A DNA stretch of 64,000 nucleotides from the NCBI GenBank assembly GCA_964016885.1, contig OZ024743.1:134044001-134108000 (forward strand). The letters are read 5' to 3'. The DNA is from Eledone cirrhosa (Eukaryota). The position numbers and the translations under genes are program-made. The number at the start of each line of letters is the position of its first letter. The first letter of the stretch is position 1. This document shows positions 22,801 to 35,500 of this stretch, piece after piece. The notes under the pieces are model-generated. The model saw only the letters and a list, made by a program, of their open reading frames with translations, was not told the DNA's origin and did no database searches.

Positions 22801-25430
22801 CTTGGTGTTTGCTGTTTGCTGTTTGGTGTTTGGTGTTTGCTGTTTGCTGTTTGGTGTCTGCTTTTTGGTGTTTGGTGTTTGTTGTTTGGTGTTTGGTCTT
22901 TGGTGCTTGGTGTTTGGTGCTTGGTGCTTGGTGTTTGGTGTTTGATGTTTGGTGCTTGGTGTTTGGTGTTTGGTGTTTGGTGCTTGGTGCTTGGTGCTTG
23001 GTGTTTGGTGTTTGGTGCTTGGTGTCTGGTGCTTGGTCTTTGGTGTTTGGTGCTTGGTGTTTGGTGTTTGGTGTTTGGTGCTTGGTGCTTGGTGCTTGGT
23101 GTTTGGTGCTTGGTGTTTGGTGTTTGGTTCTTGTTGCTTGGTGCTTGGTGCTTGGTGTTTGGTGCTGGGTGCTTGGTGTTTGGTGCTTGGTGCTTGGTGT
23201 TTGGTGCTTGGTGTTTGGTGTTTGGTGCTTGGTGCTTGGTGTTTGGTGCTTGGTGCCTGGTGTTTGGTGCTTGGTGCTTAGTGTTTGGTGCTAGATGCTT
23301 GGGGTTTGGTGTTTGGTGCTTGGTGTTTGGTGCTTGTTGCTTGCTGTTTGGTGTTTGTTGTTTGGTGTTTGCTGTTTGGTGTTTGCTGTTTGGTGTTTGG
23401 TGTTTGGTGTTTGCTGTTTGGTGTCTGCTTTTTGGTGTTTGGTGTTTGCTGTATGTTGTTTGCTGTTTGGTGTTTGGTGTTTGGTATTTGGTGTTTGGTG
23501 CTTGGTGCTTGGTGTTTGGTGCTTGGATCTTGGTGTTTGGTGCCTGGTGCTTGGAGTTTGGTGTTTGGTGCTTGTTGCTTGGTGTTTTGTGTTTGGTGTT
23601 TGGTTTTTGGTGCTTGGTGCTTGGTGCTTGGTGTTTGGTGTTTGGTGCTGGGTGCTTTGTGTTTGGTGCTTGGTGCTTCGTGCTTGGTGTTTGGTCTTTG
23701 CTGCTTGGTGTTTGGTGCTGGGTGCTTGGTGCTTGGTGTTTTGAGTTTGCTGCTTGGTGCTTGGTGTTTGGTGCTTGGTGCTTGGTGCTTGGTGTTTGTA
23801 CTTGGTGCTTGGTGCTTGGTGTTTGGTTCTTGGTTCTTGGTGTTTGGTACTTGGTGCTTGGTGCTTGGTGCTTGGTGTTTGGTGCTTGGTGTTTGGTGCT
23901 TGTTGCTTGGTGTTTGGTGCTTGGTGTTTGGTGTTTGGTGCTTGGTGTTTGCTGTTTGCTGTTTGGTGTTTGGTGTTTGCTGTTTGCTGTTTGGTGTCTG
24001 CTTTTTGGTGTTTGGTGTTTGTTGTTTGGTGTTTGGTCTTTGGTGCTTGGTGTTTGGTGCTTGGTGCTTGGTGTTTGGTGTTTGATGTTTGGTGCTTGGT
24101 GTTTGGTGTTTGGTGTTTGGTGCTTGGTGCTTGGTGCTTGGTGTTTGGTGTTTGGTGCTTGGTGTCTGGTGCTTGGTCTTTGGTGTTTGGTGCTTGGTGT
24201 TTGGTGTTTGGTGTTTGGTGCTTGGTGCTTGGTGCTTGGTGTTTGGTGCTTGGTGTTTGGTGTTTGGTCCTTGTTGCTTGGTGCTTGGTGCTTGGTGTTT
24301 GGTGCTGGGTGCTTGGTGTTTGGTGCTTGGTGCTTGGTGTTTGGTGCTTGGTGTTTGGTGTTTGGTGCTTGGTGCTTGGTGTTTGGTGCTTGGTGCCTGG
24401 TGTTTGGTGCTTGGTGCTTAGTGTTTGGTGCTAGATGCTTGGGGTTTGGTGTTTGGTGCTTGGTGTTTGGTGCTTGTTGCTTGCTGTTTGGTGTTTGTTG
24501 TTTGGTGTTTGCTGTTTGGTGTTTGCTGTTTGGTGTTTGGTGTTTGGTGTTTGCTGTTTGGTGTCTGCTTTTTGGTGTTTGGTGTTTGCTGTATGTTGTT
24601 TGCTGTTTGGTGTTTGGTGTTTGGTATTTGGTGTTTGGTGCTTGGTGCTTGGTGTTTGGTGCTTGGATCTTGGTGTTTGGTGCCTGGTGCTTGGAGTTTG
24701 GTGTTTGGTGCTTGTTGCTTGGTGTTTTGTGTTTGGTGTTTGGTTTTTGGTGCTTGGTCCTTGGTGTTTGGTGCTGGGTGCTTTGTGTTTGGTGCTTGGT
24801 GCTTCGTGCTTGGTGTTTGGTCTTTGCTGCTTGGTGTTTGGTGCTTGGTGCTTGGTGCTTGGTGTTTTGAGTTTGGTGCTTGGTGCTTGGTGTTTGGTGC
24901 TTGGTGCTTGTTGCTTGGTGTTTGTACTTGGTGCTTGGTGCTTGGTGTTTGGTTCTTGGTTCTTGGTGTTTGGTACTTGGTGCTTGGTGCTTGGTGCTTG
25001 GTGTTTGGTGCTTGGTGTTTGGTGCTTGTTGCTTGGTGTTTGGTGCTTGGTGTTTGGTGTTTGGTGCTTGGTGTTTGCTGTTTGCTGTTTGGTGTTTGGT
25101 GTTTGCTGTTTGCTGTTTGGTGTCTGCTTTTTGGTGTTTGGTGTTTGTTGTTTGGTGTTTGGTCTTTGGTGCTTGGTGTTTGGTGCTTGGTGCTTGGTGT
25201 TTGGTGTTTGATGTTTGGTGCTTGGTGTTTGGTGTTTGGTGTTTGGTGCTTGGTGCTTGGTGCTTGGTGTTTGGTGTTTGGTGCTTGGTGTCTGGTGCTT
25301 GGTCTTTGGTGTTTGGTGCTTGGTGTTTGGTGTTTGGTGTTTGGTGCTTGGTGCTTGGTGCTTGGTGTTTGGTGCTTGGTGTTTGGTGTTTGGTCCTTGT
25401 TGCTTGGTGCTTGGTGCTTGGTGTTTGGTG
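19300..25430. repeat. Five-copy array of a 1140-bp unit, containing a 2532-bp super-repeat
   Basis: GGATC at 19853, 20993, 22385, 23525 and 24665 (spacings 1140, 1392, 1140, 1140). ORF pairs 19347/21879 and 19669/22201 at +2532. The last copy is 14 bp shorter (23754 vs 24880). Confidence 0.95.
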
Positions 25431-27859
25431 CTTGATGCTTGGTGTTTGGTGCTGGGTGCTGGGTGCTTGGTGTTTGGTGCTTGGTGCTTGGTGCTTGGTG
25501 TTTGGTGCTTGGTGCTTGGTGCTTGGTCTTTGGTGCTTGGTGTTTGGTGTTTGGTGCTTGGTGCTTGGTGCTTGGTGATTGGTGCTTGGTGATTAGTGTT
25601 TGGTACTTGGTGCTTGGGGTTTTTGTTTGGTGCTTGGCGCTTGGTGTTTGGTGCTTGGTACTTGGTGTTTGGTGCTTGGTGTTTGGTGTTTGCTGTTTGG
25701 TGTTTGGTGTTTGGTGTTTGGTGTTTGGTGTTTGGTGTTTGCTGTTTGGTGTCTGCTTTTTGGTGTTTGGTGTTTGCTGTATGGTGTTTGCTGTTTCGCG
25801 TTTGGTGTTTGCTGTTTGGTGTTTGCTGTTTGCTGTTTGGTGTTTGGTCTTTGGTGCTTGGTGTTTGGTGCTTGGTGCTTGGTGTTTGGTGTTTGGTGCT
25901 TGGTGTTTGGTGTTTGGTGTTTGGTGCTTGGTGTTTGGTGTTTGGTGCCTGGTGTTTGGTGCTGGGTGCTTGGTGTTTAGTGCTTGGCGCTTGGTGCTTG
26001 GTGTTTCGTGTTTGGTGCTTGGTGCTTGTTGTTTGGTGTTATATGCTTGGTGTTTGATGCTTGGTGCTTGGTGCTTGGTGCTTGGTGTTTGGTGTTTGGT
26101 GCTTGGTGTTTGATGCTTGGTGTTTGATGCTTGGTGCTTGGTGCTTGGTGTTTGGTGCTTGGTGCTTGGTGTTTGTACTTGGTGCTTGGTGCTTGGTTCT
26201 TGGTGTTTGGTGCTTGGTGTTTGGTGCTTGGTGCTTTGTGTTTGGTGCTTGGTGTTTGGTGCTTCGTATTTGGTGCTTGGTGCCTGGTGCTTGGTGCTTG
26301 GTGCTTGGTGTTTGGTGCTTGGTGTTTGGTGCTTGGTGTTAGGTGTTTGATGCTTGGTGCTTGGTGTTTGGTGCTTGGTGTTTTGTGCTTGGTGCTTGGT
26401 GTTTGGTGTTTGGTGCTTGGTGTTTGGTGCTTGCTACTTGGTGCTTGGTGCTTGGTGTTAGGTGTTTGGTGCTTGGTGCTTGGTGTTTGGTTTTTGGTGC
26501 TTGGTGCTTGGTGTTTGGTGTTTGGTGCTTGCTGCTGGCTGCTTGGTGATTGGTGCTTGGTGTTTAGTGCTTGGTGTTTGGTGTTTGGTGCTAGGTGCTT
26601 GGTGCTTGGTGTTTGGTGCTTGGTGCTTGGTGTTTGGAGTTTGGTGTTTGGTGCTTGGTGCTTGGTGTTTGGTGCTTGGTGCTTGGTGCTGGGTGGTTGG
26701 TGTTTGGTGCTTGGTGTTTGGTGCTGGGTGCTTGGTGTTTGGTGCTTGGTGCTTGGTGCTTGGTGCTTGGTGTTTGGTGTTTGGTGCTTGGTGCTTGGTG
26801 TTTGGTGCTTGGTGCTTGGTGTTTGGTGCTTGGTGCTTCGTGTTTGGTGCTAGGTGCTTGGGGTTTGGTGTTTGGTGCTTGGTGTTTGGTGTTTGGTGTT
26901 TGGTGCTTGGTGCTTGGTATTTGGTGTTTGCTGTTTGCTGTTTGGTGTTTGTTGTTTGGTGTTTGTTGTTTGGTGTTTGCTGTTTGGTGTTTGGTGTTTG
27001 GTGTTTGCTGTTTGGTGTCTGCTTTTTGGTGTTTGGTGTTTGCTGTATGTTGTTTGCTGTTTGGTGTTTGGTGTTTGGTGCTTGGTGTTTGGTGCTTGGT
27101 GCTTGGTGTTTGGTGCTTGTTGCTTGGTGTTTGGTGCCTGGTGCTTGGTGCTTGGTGTTTGGTGTTTGGTGCTTGGTGCTTGGTGTTTTGTGTTTGGTTT
27201 TTGGTGCTTGGTGCTTGGTGCTTGGTCCTTGGTGTTTGGTGCTGGGTGCTTTGTGTTTGGTGCTTGGTGCTTTGTGCTTGGTGTTTGGTGTTTGCTGCTT
27301 GGTGTTTGGTGCTTGGTGCTTGATGCTTGGTGTTTTGTGTTTGGTGCTTGGTGCTTGGTGTTTGGTGCTTGGTGCTTGGTGCTAGGTGTTTGTACTTGGT
27401 GCTTGGTGTTTGGTTCTTGGTTCTTGGTGTTTGGTACTTGGTGCTTGGTGCTTGGTGCTTGGTGTTTGGTGCTTGGTGTTTGGTGCTTGGTGCTTGGTGT
27501 TTGGTGCTTGGTGTTTGGTGTTTGGTGCTTGGTGCTTGGTGTTTGCTGTTTGCTGTTTGATGTTTGGTGTTTGCTGTTTGCTGTTTGGTGTCTGCTTTTT
27601 GGTGTTTGGTGTTTGCTGTATGGTGTTTGCTGTTTGGTGTTTGGTGTTTGCTGTTTGGTGTTTGGTCTTTGGTGCTTGGTGTTTGGTGTTTGGTGTTTGG
27701 TATTTGGTGTTTGGTGCTTGGTGCTTGGTGTTTGGTGCTTGGTGCTTGGTGTTTGGTGCCTGGTGCTTGGTGCTTGTTGTTTGGTGCTTGGTGCTTGGTG
27801 CTTGGTGCTTGGAGTTTGGTGTTTGGTGCTTGTTGCTTGGTGTTTTGTGTTTGGTGTTT

Positions 27860-28450
27860 GGTTTTTGGTGCTTGGTGCTTGGTGCTTGGTCCTTGGTGTT
27901 TGGTGCTGCGTGCTTTGTGTTTGGTGCTTGGTGCTTTGTGCTTGGTGTTTGGTGTTTGCTGCTTGGTGTTTGGTGCTTGGTGCTTGGTGCTTGGTGTTTT
28001 GTGTTTGGTGCTTGGTGCTTGGTGTTTGGTGCTTGGTGCTTGGTGCTTGGTGTTTGTACTTGGTGCTTGGTGCTTGGTGTTTGGTTCTTGGTTCTTGGTG
28101 TTTGGTACTTGGTGCTTGGTGCTTGGTGCTTGGTGTTTGGTGCTTGGTGTTTGGTGCTTGGTGCTTGGTGCTTGGTGCTTGGTCCTTGGTGTTTGGTGCT
28201 GCGTGCTTTGTGTTTGGTGCTTGGTGCTTTGTGCTTGGTGTTTGGTGTTTGCTGCTTGGTGTTTGGTGCTTGGTGCTTGGTGCTTGGTGTTTTGTGTTTG
28301 GTGCTTGGTGCTTGGTGTTTGGTGCTTGGTGCTTGGTGCTTGGTGTTTGTACTTGGTGCTTGGTGCTTGGTGTTTGGTTCTTGGTTCTTGGTGTTTGGTA
28401 CTTGGTGCTTGGTGCTTGGTGCTTGGTGTTTGGTGCTTGGTGTTTGGTGC
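27860..28450. repeat. 293-bp tandem duplication
   Basis: GCTGCG at 27905 and 28198, each with the same GGTCC, TTGTAC and GGTTCTTGGTTC flanks. Confidence 0.88.
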
Positions 28451-28599
28451 TTGGTGCTTGGTGTTTGGTGCTTGGTGTTTGGTGTTTGGTGCTTGGTGCT
28501 TGGTGTTTGCTGTTTGGTGTTTGGTGTTTGCTGTTTGCTGTTTGGTGTTTGGTGTTTGCTGTTTGCTGTTTGGTGTCTGCTTTTTGGTGTTTGGAGTTT

Positions 28600-31450
28600 G
28601 GTGTTTGGTGCTTGTTGCTTGGTGTTTTGTGTTTGGTGTTTGGTTTTTGGTGCTTGGTGTTTGGTTCTTGGTTCTTGGTGTTTGGTACTTGGTGCTTGGT
28701 GCTTGGTGCTTGGTGTTTGGTGCTTGGTGCTTGGTGTTTGGTGTTTGGTGCTTGGTGCTTGGTGTTTGGTGTTTGGTGTTTGGTGCTTGGTGTCTGGTGC
28801 TTGGTGCTTGGTGCTTGGTGTTTGGTGTTTGGTGTTTGGTGCTTGGTGCTTGGTGCTTGGTGTTTGGTGCTTGGTGTTTGGCGTTTGGTGCTTGTTGCTT
28901 GGTGCTTGGTGCTTGGTGTTTGGTGCTTGGTGCTTGGTGTTTGGTGCTGGGTGCTGGGTGCTTGGTGTTTGGTGCTTGGTGCTTGGTGTTTGGTGCTTGG
29001 TGCTTGGTGCTTGGTCTTTGGTGCTTGGTGTTTGGTGTTTGGTGCTTGGTGCTTGGTGCTTGGTGTTTGGTGCTTGGTGATTAGTGTTTGGTGCTTGGTG
29101 CTTGGGCTTTGGTGTTTGGTGCTTGGTGCTTGGTGTTTGGTGCTTGGTACTTGGTATTTGGTTGTTGGTGTTTGGTGTTTGCTGTTTGGTGTGTGGTGTT
29201 TGGTGTTTGGTGTTTGCTGTTTGGTGTCTGCTTTTTTGTGTTTGGGTTTGCTGTATGGTGTTTGCTGTTTCGTGTTTGGTGTTTGCTGTTTGCTGTTTGG
29301 TATTTGGTGTTTGCTGTTTGGTGTTTGGTCTTTGGTGCTTGGTGTTTGGTGCTTGGTGTTTGGTGTTTGGTGCTTGGTGCTTGGTGCTTGGTGTTTGGTG
29401 TTTGGTGCTTGGTGCTTGGTGCTTGGTGTTTGGTGCTTGGTGCTTGGTGTTTGGTGCTGGGTGCTTGGTGTTTGGTGCTTGGTGCTTGGTGCTTGGTGTT
29501 TGGTGCTGGGTGCTTGGTGTTTGGTGTTCGGTGTTATATGCTTGGTGTTTGATGCTTGGTGCTTGGTGCTTGTTGTTTGGTGTTTGGTGCTTGGTGTTTA
29601 ATGCTTGGTGTTTGATGCTTGGTGCTTGGTGCTTGGTGTTTGGTGCTTGGTGCTTGGTGTTTGTACTTGGTGCTTGGTGCTTGGTGTTTGGTGCTTGGTG
29701 CCTGGTGCTTGGTGCTTGGTGCTTGGTGTTTGGTGCTTGGTGCTTGGTGCTTGGTGCTTTGTGTTTGGTGCTTGGTGTTTGGTGCTTGGTGTTTGGTGCT
29801 TGGTGCCTGGTGCTTGGTGCTTGGTGCTTGGTGTTTGGTGCTTGGTGTTTGGTGCTTGGTGTTAGGTGTTTGGTGCTTGGTGCTTGGTGCTTGGTGTTTG
29901 GTGCTTGGTGCTTGGTGTTTGTACTTGGTGCTTGGTGCTTGGTTCTTTGTGTTTGGTCCTTGGTGCTTGGTGCTTGGTGCTTTGTGTTTGGTGCTTGGTG
30001 TTTGGTGCTTGGTGTTTGGTGCTTGGTGCCTGGTGCTTGGTGCTTGGTGCTTGGTGTTTGGTGCTTGGTGTTTGGTGCTTGGTGTTAGGTGTTTGGTGCT
30101 TGGTGCTTGGTGTTTGGTGTTTGGTGCTTGGTGTTTGGTGCTTGGTGCTTGGTGTTTGGTGTTTGGTGCTTGGTGTTTGGTGCTTGGTACTTGGTGCTTG
30201 GTGTTAGGTGTTTGGTGCTTGGTGCTTGGTGTTTGGTTTTTGGTGCTTGATGCTTGGTGTTTGGTGTTTGGTGCTTGCTGCTGGCTGCTTGGTGCTTGGT
30301 GATTGGTGCTTGGTGTTTGGTGCTTGGTGTTTGGTGTTTGGTGCTAGGTGCTTGGTGCTTGGTGTTTGGTGCTTGTTGCTTCGTGTTTTGTGTTTGGTGT
30401 TTGGTTTTTGGTGCTTGGTGTTTGGTTCTTGGTTCTTGGTGTTTGGTACTTGGTGCTTGGTGCTTGGTGCTTGGTGTTTGGTGCTTGGTGCTTGGTGTTT
30501 GGTGTTTGGTGGTTGGTGCTTGGTGTTTGGTGTTTGGTGCTTGGTGCTTGGTGTCTGGTGCTTGGTGCTTGGTGCTTGGTGTTTGGTGTTTGGTGTTTGG
30601 TGCTTGGTGCTTGGTGCTTGGTGTTTGGTGCTTGGTGTTTGGCGTTTGGTGCTTGTTGCTTGGTGCTTGGTGCTTGGTGTTTGGTGCTTGGTGCTTGGTG
30701 TTTGGTGCTGGGTGCTGGGTGCTTGGTGTTTGGTGCTTGGTGCTTGGTGTTTGGTGCTTGGTGCTTGGTGCTTGGTCTTTGGTGCTTGGTGTTTGGTGTT
30801 TGGTGCTTGGTGCTTGGTGCTTGGTGTTTGGTGCTTGGTGATTAGTGTTTGGTGCTTGGTGCTTGGGGTTTGGTGTTTGGTGCTTGGTGCTTGGTGTTTG
30901 GTGCTTGGTACTTGGTGTTTGGTGCTTGGTGTTTGGTGTTTGCTGTTTGGTGTGAGGTGTTTGGTGTTTGGTGTTTGCTGTTTGGTGTCTGCTTTTTTGT
31001 GTTTGGTGTTTGCTGTATGGTGTTTGCTGTTTCGTGTTTGGTGTTTGCTGTTTGCTGTTTGGTATTTGGTGTTTGCTGTTTGGTGTTTGGTCTTTGGTGC
31101 TTGGTGTTTGGTGCTTGGTGTTTGGTGTTTGGTGCTTGGTGCTTGGTGCTTGGTGTTTGGTGTTTGGTGCTTGGTGCTTGGTGCTTGGTGTTTGGTGCTT
31201 GGTGCTTGGTGTTTGGTGCTGGGTGCTTGGTGTTTGGTGCTTGGTGCTTGGTGCTTGGTGTTTGGTGCTGGGTGCTTGGTGTTTGGTGTTCGGTGTTATA
31301 TGCTTGGTGTTTGATGCTTGGTGCTTGGTGCTTGTTGTTTGGTGTTTGGTGCTTGGTGTTTGATGCTTGGTGTTTGGTGCTTGGTGCTTGGTGCTTGGTG
31401 TTTGGTGCTTGGTGCTTGGTGTTTGTACTTGGTGCTTGGTGCTTGGTTCT
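28600..31450. repeat. 1761-bp-offset duplication
   Basis: GGCG variant at 28880 and 30641; GATTAG at ~29080 and ~30841; ORFs 29088/30849. Confidence 0.85.
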
Positions 31451-32530
31451 TTGTGTTTGGTGCTTGGTGCTTGGTGCTTGGTGCTTTGTGTTTGGTGCTT
31501 GGTGTTTGGTGCTTGGTGTTTGGTGCTTGGTGCCTGGTGCTTGGTGCTTGGTGCTTGGTGTTTGGTGCTTGGTGTTTGGTGCTTGGTGTTAGGTGTTTGG
31601 TGCTTGGTGCTTGGTGCTTGGTGTTTGGTGCTTGGTGCTTGGTGTTTGTACTTGGTGCTTGGTGCTTGGTTCTTTGTGTTTGGTGCTTGGTGCTTGGTGC
31701 TTGGTGCTTTGTGTTTGGTGTTTGGTGTTTGGTGCTTGGTGTTTGGTGCTTGGTGCCTGGTGCTTGGTGCTTGGTGCTTGGTGTTTGGTGCTTGGTGTTT
31801 GGTGCTTGGTGTTAGGTGTTTGGTGCTTGGTGCTTGGTGTTTGGTGTTTGGTGCTTGGTGTTTGGTGCTTGGTGCTTGGTGTTTGGTGCTGGGTGCTTGG
31901 TGTTTGGTGCTTGGTGCTTGGTGCTTGGTGTTTGGTGCTGGGTGCTTGGTGTTTGGTGTTCGGTGTTATATGCTTGGTGTTTGATGCTTGGTGCTTGGTG
32001 CTTGTTGTTTGGTGTTTGGTGCTTGGTGTTTGATGCTTGGTGTTTGGTGCTTGGTGCTTGGTGCTTGGTGTTTGCTGCTTGGTGCTTGGTGTTTGTACTT
32101 GGTGCTTGGTGCTTGGTTCTTTGTGTTTGGTGCTTGGTGCTTGGTGCTTGGTGCTTTGTGTTTGGTGCTTGGTGTTTGGTGCTTGGTGTTTGGTGCTTGG
32201 TGCCTGGTGCTTGGTGCTTGGTGCTTGGTGTTTGGTGCTTGGTGTTTGGTGCTTGGTGTTAGGTGTTTGGTGCTTGGTGCTTGGTGCTTGGTGTTTGGTG
32301 CTTGGTGCTTGGTGTTTGTACTTGGTGCTTGGTGCTTGGTTCTTTGTGTTTGGTGCTTGGTGCTTGGTGCTTGGTGCTTTGTGTTTGGTGCTTGGTGTTT
32401 GGTGCTTGGTGTTTGGTGCTTGGTGCCTGGTGCTTGGTGCTTGGTGCTTGGTGTTTGGTGCTTGGTGTTTGGTGCTTGGTGTTAGGTGTTTGGTGCTTGG
32501 TGCTTGGTGTTTGGTGTTTGGTGCTTGGTG
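29700..32530. repeat. 223-bp tandem dimers, one of them re-duplicated as a 670-bp unit (~31190-32530)
   Basis: TTAGG variant pairs at 29862/30085, 31589/31812 and 32259/32482. ORFs 31318/31988 and 31593/32263 at +670. Confidence 0.88.
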
Positions 32531-35500
32531 TTTGGTGCTTGGTGCTTGGTGTTTGGTGTTTGGTGCTTGGTGTTTGGTGCTTGGTACTTGGTGCTTGGTG
32601 TTAGGTGTTTGGTGCTTGGTGCTTGGTGTTTGGTTTTTGGTGCTTGATGCTTGGTGTTTGGTGTTTGGTGCTTGCTGCTGGCTGCTTGGTGCTTGGTGAT
32701 TGGTGCTTGGTGTTTGGTGCTTGGTGTTTGGTGTTTGGTGCTAGGTGCTTGGTGCTTGGTGTTTGGTGCTTGGTGTTTGGTGTTTGGTGTTTGGTGCTTG
32801 GTGCTTGGTGTTTGGTGCTTGGTGCTGGGTGGTTGGTGTTTGGTGCTTGGTGTTTGGTGCTGGGTGCTTGGTGTTTGGTGCTTGGTGCTTGGTCTTTGGT
32901 GCTTGGTGTTTGGTGTTTGGTGCTTGCTGCTTGGTGTTTGGTTCTTGGTGCTTGGTGTTTGGTGCTTGGTGCTTAGTGTTTGGTGCTAGGTGCTTGGGGT
33001 TTGGTGTTTGGTGCTTGGTGTTTGGTGCTTGGTTCTTGGTATTTGGTGTTTGCTGTTTACTGTTTGGTGTTTGTTGTTTGGTGTTTGTTGTTTGGTGTTT
33101 GTTGTTTGGTGTTTGTTGTTTGGTGTTTGCTGTTTGGTGTTTGGTGTTTGTTGTTTGGTGTTTGCTGTTTGGTGTCTGCTTTTTGGTGTTTGGTGTTTGT
33201 TGTATGTTGTTTGCTGTTTGGTGTTTGGTGTTTGGTATTTGGTGTTTGGTGCTTGGTGCTTTGTGTTTGGTGCTTGGTGCTTGGTGTTTGGTGCCTGGTG
33301 CTTGGTGCTTGGTGTTTGGTGTTTGGTGCTTGGTGCTTGGAGCTTGGAGTTTGGTGTTTGGTGCTTGTTGCTTGGTGTTTTGTGTTTGGTGTTTGGTATT
33401 TGGTGCTTGGTGCTTGGTGCTTGGTCCTTGGTGTTTGGTGCTGGGTGCTTTGTGTTTGGTGCTTGGTGCTTCGTGCTTGGTGTTTGGTGTTTGGTGCTTG
33501 ATGTTTGGTGTTATATGCTTGGTGTTTGATGCTTGGTGCTTGGTGTTTGGTGTTTGATGCTTGGTGCTTGATGCTTGGTGTTTGGTGCTTGGTGCTTAGT
33601 GCTTGGTGTTTTGTGTTTGGTGCTTGGTGCTTGGTGTTTGTACTTGGTGCTTGGTGCTTGGTACTTGGTGCTTGCTGTTTGGTGCTTGGTGTTTGGTGCT
33701 TGGTGTTTGGTGCTTGGTGCTTGGTATTTGGTGCTTGGTGTTTGGTGTTTGGTGCTTGGTGCTTGGTGTTTGGTGTTTGGTGTTTGGTGTTTGCTGTTTG
33801 CTGTTTGGTGTCTGCTTTTTGGTGTTTGGTGTTTGCTGTATGGTGTTTGCTGTTTCGTGTTTGGTGTTTGCTGTTTGGTGTTTGGTCTTTGGTGCTTGGT
33901 GTTTGGTGCTTGGTGCTTGGTGTTTGGTGTTTGGTGCTTGCTGCTTGGTGCTTGGTGTTTGGTGTTTGGTGCTTGGTGTCTGGTGCTTGGTGTTTGGTGC
34001 TTGGTGTTTGGTGTCTGGTGTTTGGTGCTTGGTGCTTGGTGTTTGGTGTTTGGTGCTTGGTGTTTGGTGTTTGGTGTTTGGTGCTTGTTGCTTGGTGCTT
34101 GGTGTTTGGTGCTTGGTGCTTGGTGTTTGGTGCTGGGTGCTGGGTGCTTGGTGCTTGGTGCATGGTGCTTGGTGCTTGGTGTTTGGTGTTTGGTGCTTGG
34201 TGTTTGGTGTTATATGCTTGGTGTTTGATGCTTGGTGCTTGGTGTTTGGTGTTTGATGCTTGGTGCTTGATGCTTGGTGCTTGGTGCTTGGTGTTTGGTG
34301 CTTGGTGCTTGGTGTTTGTACTTGTTGCTTGGTGCTTGATGCTTGGTGATTGGTGTTTGGTGCTTGGTTCTTGGTGTTTGGTGCTTGGTGTTTGGTGCTT
34401 GGTGCTTGGTGTTTGGTGCTTGGTGCTTGGTGTTTGGTGTTTGGTGCTTGGTGCTTGGTTCTTGGTGTTTGGTGCTTGGTGCTTGGTGCTTGGTGTTTGG
34501 TGCTTGGTGCTTGGTGTTTGGTGCTTGGTGTTTGGTGCTTGTTGTTTGGTGCTTGGTGCTTGGTGCTTGGTGCATGGTGCTTGGTGTTTGGTGCTTGGTG
34601 TTTGGTGCTTGGTGTTAGGTGTTTGGTGCTTGGTGCTTGGTGTTTGGTGTTTGGTGCTTGGTGTTTGGTGCTTGGCGCTTGGTGTTTGGTGTTTGGTGCT
34701 TGGTGTTTGGTGCTTGCTACGTGGTGATTGGTGCTTGGTGTTAGGTGTTTGGTGCTTGGTGCGTGGTGTTTGGTTTTTGGTGCTTGGTGCTTGGTGTTTG
34801 GTGTTTGGTGCTTGCTGCTGGCTGCTTGGTGTTTGGTGCTTGGTGATTGGTGCTTGGTGTTTGGTGCTTGGTGTTTGGTGTTTGGTGCTAGGTGCTTGGT
34901 GCTTGGTGTTTGGTGCTTGGTGCTTGGTGTTTGGTGTTTGGTGCTTTGTGCTTGGTGTTTGGTGCTTGGTGCTGGGTGGTTGGTGTTTGGTGCTTGGTGT
35001 TTGGTGCTGGGTGCTTGGTGTTTGGTGCTTGGTGCTTGGTCTTTGGTGCTTGGTGTTTGGTGTTTGGTGCTTGGTGCTTGGTGCTTGGTGTTTGGTGCTT
35101 GGTGCTTGGTGTTTGGTGTTTGGTGCTTAGTGTTTGGTGCTAGGTGCTTGGGGTTTGGTGTTTGGTGCTTGGTGCTTGGTGCTTGGTGTTTGGTGCTTGG
35201 TGCTTGGTGCTTGGTGCTTGGTCTTTGGAGTTTGGTGTTTAGTGCTTGGTGCTTGGTGCTTGGTGTTTGGTGCTTGGTGCTTGGTGCAGTGTGATTAGTG
35301 TTTGGTGCTTGGTGCTTGGGGTTTGGTGTTTGGTGCTTGGTGCTTGGTATTTGGTGCTTGGTACTTGGTGTTTGGTGCTTGGTGTTTGCTGTTTGCTGTT
35401 TGGTGTTTTTGGTGTTTGCTGTTTGCTGTTTGGTGTCTGCTTTTTGGTGTTTGGTGTTTGCTCTATGGTGTTTGCTGTTTCATGTTTGGTGTTTGCTGTT

